Notes under the pieces: model-generated
The model's input: the letters and a program-made list of their open reading frames with translations, nothing else
Told to the model about the DNA's origin: nothing
Database searches by the model: none
Shown: positions 8,065-12,854 of the stretch, piece by piece
Layout: every line of letters starts with the position of its first letter
Position numbering within the stretch: position 1 is the stretch's first letter
Program-made: the position numbers and the translations under genes
From: an uncultured cyanobacterium
GTDB taxonomy: Bacteria; Cyanobacteriota; Cyanobacteriia; Cyanobacteriales; Microcystaceae
Length of the DNA stretch: 12,854 bases
Direction: 5' to 3'
Assembly (NCBI GenBank): GCA_963807635.1
Contig: CAWEDJ010000001.1
Span: 1-12,854, forward strand

Positions 8065-9507
8065 AAAAAGATGTATAATAAGATACAGTATATGAGGATG
8101 ACATCAATGTTATTTTTTCTGGAAAATCTCCTGAATTTGCCAAAGGTAAGCATAAGAAATGTTATTCAAGAAGGGAAACAGGCATTTTTAATACTGAGTT
8201 GTCAAGAGGAAGAAGTCAAATGTAATTATTGTGGTAGCTTAACAGATGAATTACATCAGACGAACAATGTACTGGTAAGGGATTTGTCTATATCTGGTCA
8301 AATGGTATACCTGAAAGTGCCTCGTCGTAAATTTTACTGTAAAAATTGTCAAAGGTTTTTTACAGAAAATCTGGAATTCATGGAAGCCCGTAGGAAATAT
8401 ACGGTGCGGTATGAAGAATATATTTATGGACAAGTAAATGTGAGCAGTGTGGAACAAGTAGACAAGAATCTCTATCATGGATCAAGTAAATGGAATTTAT
8501 CAACGTCAATGTGAAGTAAAAAAAAGGATTGGCAAGGGGTAAAATACGTGGGGATGGATGAAATAGCGAAACGAAAAGGTCATCAGAATTTTGTAACAGT
8601 GTTAGGAGATATAGAGAAAGGAGAATTAATAGAAGTGATAAGATAGCCATCAACAAGATAAAATAATAGAAGTGCTGATGGAGAAACCGTTAGAGGTGAG
8701 GGAAGGAGTAGAACAAGTGAGTGTAGATATGTGGGGAGGATTTCCGAAGGTGATAGAAAAAGTATTTCCGAATGCAGTAATTGTAACGGATAGATTTCAT
8801 GTAATGAAGGCGGTGAATGAAGAATTAAATAAAATCCGTAAACAGACAAGGTTGAATGTAAAAATTAAGGGAGAAAAATGGCTATTATTAAAAAATAAAG
8901 AAGACCTAAAAGAGGAGGAGTTAGAAAAATTAGAATTGGTGTTAAAGCAATCTGCTCGTCTGCGTAAGGCGTATGAGTATAAAGAGTCATTTAGAGAAAT
9001 ATATGAAAAAGTAAATGAGAAGGAAGAAGGGCGATTAAAATTTACAGAATGGTTAGAGAATGCTAAGAGCATTTATACAGATGTAATTAGCACAATTCGT
9101 AGGGATTTAGACTCTATTTGGGGCTTGCTGAATAAGTATAGAACCCTTGCCGGATAATGCTTTCAAGCATTTTAAAAACGATCAGGTGCAAGGTTACGTC
9201 CTTTGGAGGCTCAAAGCCCATGCACGTCGTTGGAAAACTGGGGGTTGAAATTGGAAACAACTCTCTGAAGTCACCATTTTTCGCGTCCTGTGGCATCTAG
9301 GTTCGTTTTGTGGACTTTTTCAGCAGACCCTATTTGTAACTACTTTTTGAGTCGAACGACGAATGGGGCAATGGAAGGAATTAATAATCGTCTTAAACTA
9401 ATCAAGCGTCAAGCTTATGGATTTATGAACTTTGATAATATGCGAAACCGTTTTTTAGCTTGCTTTTCATGATAAGTTCTAATTATCACTCTTTGTTCAG
9501 GAGAACC
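8045..9507 (+). mobile_element. ISL3-family IS (type a), both ends present, transposase (8107-9472) frameshifted and MITE-interrupted
   Basis: Ends GGTTCTTCTG / CAGGAGAACC. Zn finger CNYCG..CKNC, MDE, VSVDMWGGF, DRFHV and TTNGAMEGINNRLKLIKRQAYGF. No TSD. Boundaries are +/-1 bp. Confidence 0.9.
9121..9330. mobile_element. MITE (~210 bp) with IS5/IS1182-like ends inserted in the ISL3 transposase
   Basis: TIRs GGGCTTGCTGAATAAGT / ACTTTTTCAGCAGACCC. CTATTTG is duplicated at 9114-9120 and 9330-9336. Removal restores DLDSICNYFLSR. Confidence 0.88.
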
Positions 9508-9508
9508 C

Positions 9509-10463
9509 TGAACAGCGGCAATTCGATGGTTTATATATAGCGGATTCAGCTTTAGAGCAGCGCAGAGAACAAAAACGAACAGGAATAAAATGGTTATGTC
9601 GTGCGCCGAAAACGATTAAGTCAGCGCAAGACTTGCTGACTGAATTAGCTTCAGAGCAATTTATTACAACGGATTTAGCTGGCTATCGTCTTACCTCCTG
9701 TAGGAAATGAATATGGGGGAGTAAAGCAACGTCGGATAGTGGTGGAAAGCGAGCAAAAAAAAGCTTTAGACCTGAAACAACTGACTAAGGCGACAGAGAA
9801 AGCGACGGCTCAAGCTGAAAAGCAATTGTCGCAATTACAGCGTCGGGAATTTGCCTGTCGTGAGGATGCTTTGACTGCTCTGAGCCGATGGGAGAAGAGT
9901 TTATGATATTACATCATCTGGAAGACCTAAGCGTAGTGGAAAAATGTCATTACGGTCATCGAGGTAAGCCCCGACTCCATGAACAGCCGATTCGTCGTAG
10001 CTACCATGCTCAAGCCACTTTAAGTCTCAATATGGCGAAAGTTGAACTTGCGGAGCGGGCAGCAGGACGTTTTGTCTTGGCGACGAATCAGCTAGATGGA
10101 GACTCTTTGAGCGATGAGCAACTGCTTGTCCACTGACAAGCAACAGCAAGGGGTAGAGCGAGGTTTTCGCTTCCTTAAAGACCCTCTGTTTTTTGCGTCC
10201 AGTGTTTTTCTCAAAACCCCTGAGCGGATTATGGCATTGAGTTTCATCATGGTGTTGTGTTTACTGGTGTACAGCTTGGGACAACGTAAACTGAGACTGG
10301 CTCTGGCAGAGCAGGAGGAGACTGTGCCTAATCAGTTGGGAAAGCCGACTCAGCGTCCGACACTGCGTTGGATTTTTCAGATGTTGAGAGGAGTTCATTG
10401 GGTTGTACTGGATAATTGTCCCCAAATAATCAATCTAACGCTTGAGCGAGAGAGGATTTTGCG
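9509..10463 (+). pseudogene. IS1634-family transposase (type b), internal fragment with several frameshifts
   Basis: LYIADSAL, EYGGVKQR, FACREDA, GRFVLATN, VERGFRFLKDPLFFASSVFLKTPERI and PTLRWIFQ. Clipped by ISL3 on the left and ISAs1 on the right. Confidence 0.87.
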
Positions 10464-10802
10464 CAGGGTAATCGCATCTGTATTGTGTTACAAAAATATA
10501 GAACAAAACAAGAGGAATCTAGTGTAAATAAAGAAGCAGTCGATCTGAAAGAGAAGAAAAGGCTATTATTTTAAAAAAGTAAGTGAGTGAGGTCAAAGAT
10601 GGCAAAAGGCTTCGGGCGCAAGAGTTCTAACCCGACAACAAAGAAAAAGAAGTCAAAATTATCAAAAGAAGCATACTGAAACATTTTCAGTGCCTAAAAG
10701 AACCGAGAACAGGGAGAAGGCAAGACCATAAACTTAACAGCAATTGTCACCATAGGAATATTGGCAGTATTGTCAGGGGCAGATGGCTTCGTAGCAATTG
10801 AA
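10464..10802 (+). mobile_element. ISAs1 copy 3, 5' part only (matches 584-913)
   Basis: Left TIR CAGGGTAATCGCAT and the transposase start. Many single-base insertions relative to copy 1. Ends at the IS1380 terminus. Confidence 0.92.
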
Positions 10803-11130
10803 CCCGCATTTCTCACAAATTGAATTGAGAAGCTAATTTTGAAGTTAAAAATTGATACTTTTAAAAAATAAGAGAAATTCTTAAAGTTGCCGAGCGATGA
10901 GCTGACAAAATTAGCCAAATTTTTCGGGAGCAACAGACAAAATCTAATTAGTTAGTCAAAATTCTCATGACAAAATGGGCTGAATTGATGAGCAACCCTT
11001 GGCAAGATTATTTTGTTATCTTTGAAAACTATTCGACTTATCCAGGCGCAGGAATTTCTTGGATTCGAGAATAAGCAATCGCCAAAATATCTTGATAAGG
11101 ACATGAGCTGGCTATGGCGATTAAAATTCT
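10803..11130 (-). mobile_element. IS1380 right-end fragment, inverted copy of 2818-3145
   Basis: 328-bp reverse complement with no differences noticed by eye. Truncated by ISL3 at 11131. Confidence 0.92.
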
Positions 11131-12386
11131 GGCTCTTCCCCCAACTGTGTGGAAAGTGTATAATAGTAATACAACAGTAGGAGGTGGAGTATGTGGATAA
11201 ACTTGGACTAGCTACTAGGTTTGCCAAAGGTAACAGTCGTAAACTATCGAGAAATAGATGGTGCTTTGTTCTTAAAATTAAAAATGAAAAACGAAGTAAT
11301 GGAATGTCCAAATTGTCATAAAGAATTGGAAGATATAAATCAAATAGAATATAATTTGGTTGGGATTTATCCCTATTGGGAAAGAAAGTATATCTGGAAG
11401 TGCCCCGCCGCCAGTTCCATTGTGAAAAATGTCAGAAATACATAACAGAAAGACTGGACTTTATGCGGCTAAGAAAACATTATACAATTCGTTATGAAGA
11501 AAAGATTTATGAGCAAGTAAAAAAGAAAAATGTAGAAGAGGTAAGGCAAGAAGAAGAAATAAGTTGGGGAACATTGGAATCAATATTTGAAGAGTATGTA
11601 AAGCAGGCAGAAAAGAAGGAATGGGAATTACCAGAAAAAGAGCAAAATTAGACGAATTGAAGAATAGAAAAGGAAAAAAAGACTTTATTACAACAGTGAT
11701 AGATATAAATAAAAAGGAATTGTTAGAAGTAATAAAAGGACACAAAAAAGAAGAGATAATAGAAGCCCTAAAGGTGCAGCCAGCAAGGGTTAGAGAGAAT
11801 GTAAGGGAAGTAAGTGTGGATATGTGGGAGGGATTTACGTCAGCAATAAAGGAGTTATTTGTAAATGCTAAATTGTTCTATGTAATATTTTTGATGTAAT
11901 GAAAAATATAAATGAAGAATTGAATAAATTGAGAAAGAAAATGAATATCCATAAAAAGGGTTTAACATACCTATTATGGAAAAATAAAGAAGAGTTAAAA
12001 GAAGAAAAAGAGAAGAGTTAGAAGAGATATTGAAAAAATCTAATCCTTGTTTAGGAATAGCGTATGAAATGAAGGAACAGATTAGAGATATTTATGAGCA
12101 TTCAAGAACGACAAATGGTGCAAGGAGAAAATTTGAAAAATGGAGATGAGAACAGCGAGCCTATTCTATAAAAAAAGTGTGGGTATGCTGAAAACTCATT
12201 TGACAGGTATATGCAATTATTTTGAAAACCATACAACTAATGGATTAACGGAAGGGATGAATACAAAAATTAAATTAATAGAAAAAGGAAAAGTTATGGA
12301 TTTTGCTAATTTTGAGCATCTACGGCTTAAATTGTTAGCTTGCTTTAACTCGTAACATAACATTACACACAGACAAGGGGAGAGCC
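11131..12386 (+). mobile_element. ISL3-family IS (type b), both ends present, transposase (11191-12355) broken by an early stop and frameshifts
   Basis: TIRs GGCTCTTCCCCCAACTGTGTG / CACACAGACAAGGGGAGAGCC. CPNC..CEKC, LDE, VSVDMWEGF and TTNGLTEGMNTKIKLI. No TSD. Confidence 0.9.
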
Positions 12387-12397
12387 ATATCGCCAGT

Positions 12398-12423
12398 CCC
12401 CCAGAATTGGCCAATTCAGGGGG
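12398..12423. repeat. GC-clamped palindrome resembling a cyanobacterial small dispersed repeat
   Basis: CCCCCA GAATTGGCCAATTC AGGGGG is self-complementary except for one A/A mismatch. Confidence 0.6.
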
Positions 12424-12484
12424 CAAATTAAAACTTTCAGAATTGGGATACGGCAAATTGCGTTGTAACGACGGATAAATCTTT

Positions 12485-12506
12485 GTAGGGACATAATGTA
12501 TTATGT
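12485..12506. repeat. GTAG-type REP-like palindrome, right foot cut off by the intron
   Basis: GTAGGG ACATAAT GT ATTATGT has perfect 7-bp arms. The complementary CCCTAC is absent exactly where GTGCG begins. Confidence 0.6.
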
Positions 12507-12854
12507 GTGCGATTCGTTTAGGCAAAAGCGGAAAGATTCAAACCTTAAAGTGTAAGCCTAGCAGGAAATCTGAACCCGTTCAGGGAGAGGATAGACCATG
12601 ACAACTTAAGCATCTTGTTGGTTAAATTCCAACCGTGTAGGTACAACATTGAAGCCTAACCCCTATGGTAGAGACTGGTCATCAATCCATAAAGCGGGGT
12701 TAAAAGGTGGTAAAGGGAAAATCCGTTCTCAAATCCCATCGAGCTAAGTTACCCAAGATTAGACAACGAACCCTCGACTGAAGCATCGTCAACATTAGAT
12801 TGCCAAAACGGATTGACTAGGCAATACCAAAAGGTAAAAACGAAAAGTTGAAAG
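12507..12854 (+). ncRNA. Group II intron, 5' end / domain I (probably IIB, chloroplast-like class); continues beyond the window
   Basis: Starts with the consensus GTGCG (GTGCGATTCGTT). Domain-I-like segments GAACCCGTTCAGGG (12572-12585) and GAACCCTCGACTGAAGCATCG (12768-12788). Non-coding and hairpin-rich. Domain V and the RT ORF are not visible. Confidence 0.78.

Noticed and set aside
584..12386. CRISPR-associated transposon (cas6 near transposases)
   Set aside because: No TnsB, TnsC or TniQ and no effector genes. The transposases are ordinary IS families with their own TIRs.
937..12525. Short overlapping or antisense ORFs (937, 1280, 4517, 5225, 6948, 8251, 8378, 8583, 8797, 10952, 11461, 12217)
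   Set aside because: Shadow frames of transposases or cas6, or ORFs crossing element junctions. No recognisable motifs.
7711..12854. Diversity-generating retroelement (Avd-like gene plus a retroelement)
   Set aside because: No TR/VR pair with adenine-specific mismatches and no RT in the window. The intron is 4.4 kb away across unrelated ISs.

Overview
About 83% of this window is mobile DNA: a nested pile of insertion sequences from a cyanobacterium. The host is inferred from HIP1 octamers, heptamer repeats and the Cas6 type; Microcystis-like is only my recollection of the IS set. Elements present: IS4 (Tn5/IS50-like) fragment, ISAs1 (one intact, two partial), IS1380 (two partial, inverted), two different IS1634 fragments, ISKra4, two different ISL3 elements, three MITE-like insertions and, at the right edge, the 5' end of a group II intron inserted in a GTAG-type REP-like palindrome. 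The only substantial host island (about 6266-8044) holds a 130-aa hypothetical gene, a triply frameshifted orphan cas6 (type I-D-like), an intergenic heptamer-repeat hairpin with a 31-bp direct repeat, and a four-helix-bundle (23S rRNA IVP/Avd-like) gene clipped by ISL3. No CRISPR array or other cas gene is visible. Many single-base indels look like long-read consensus errors, so pseudogene calls need read-level checking. All family calls come from motif recognition, not database searches. I did not find a demonstrably new system; the best leads are listed as findings.
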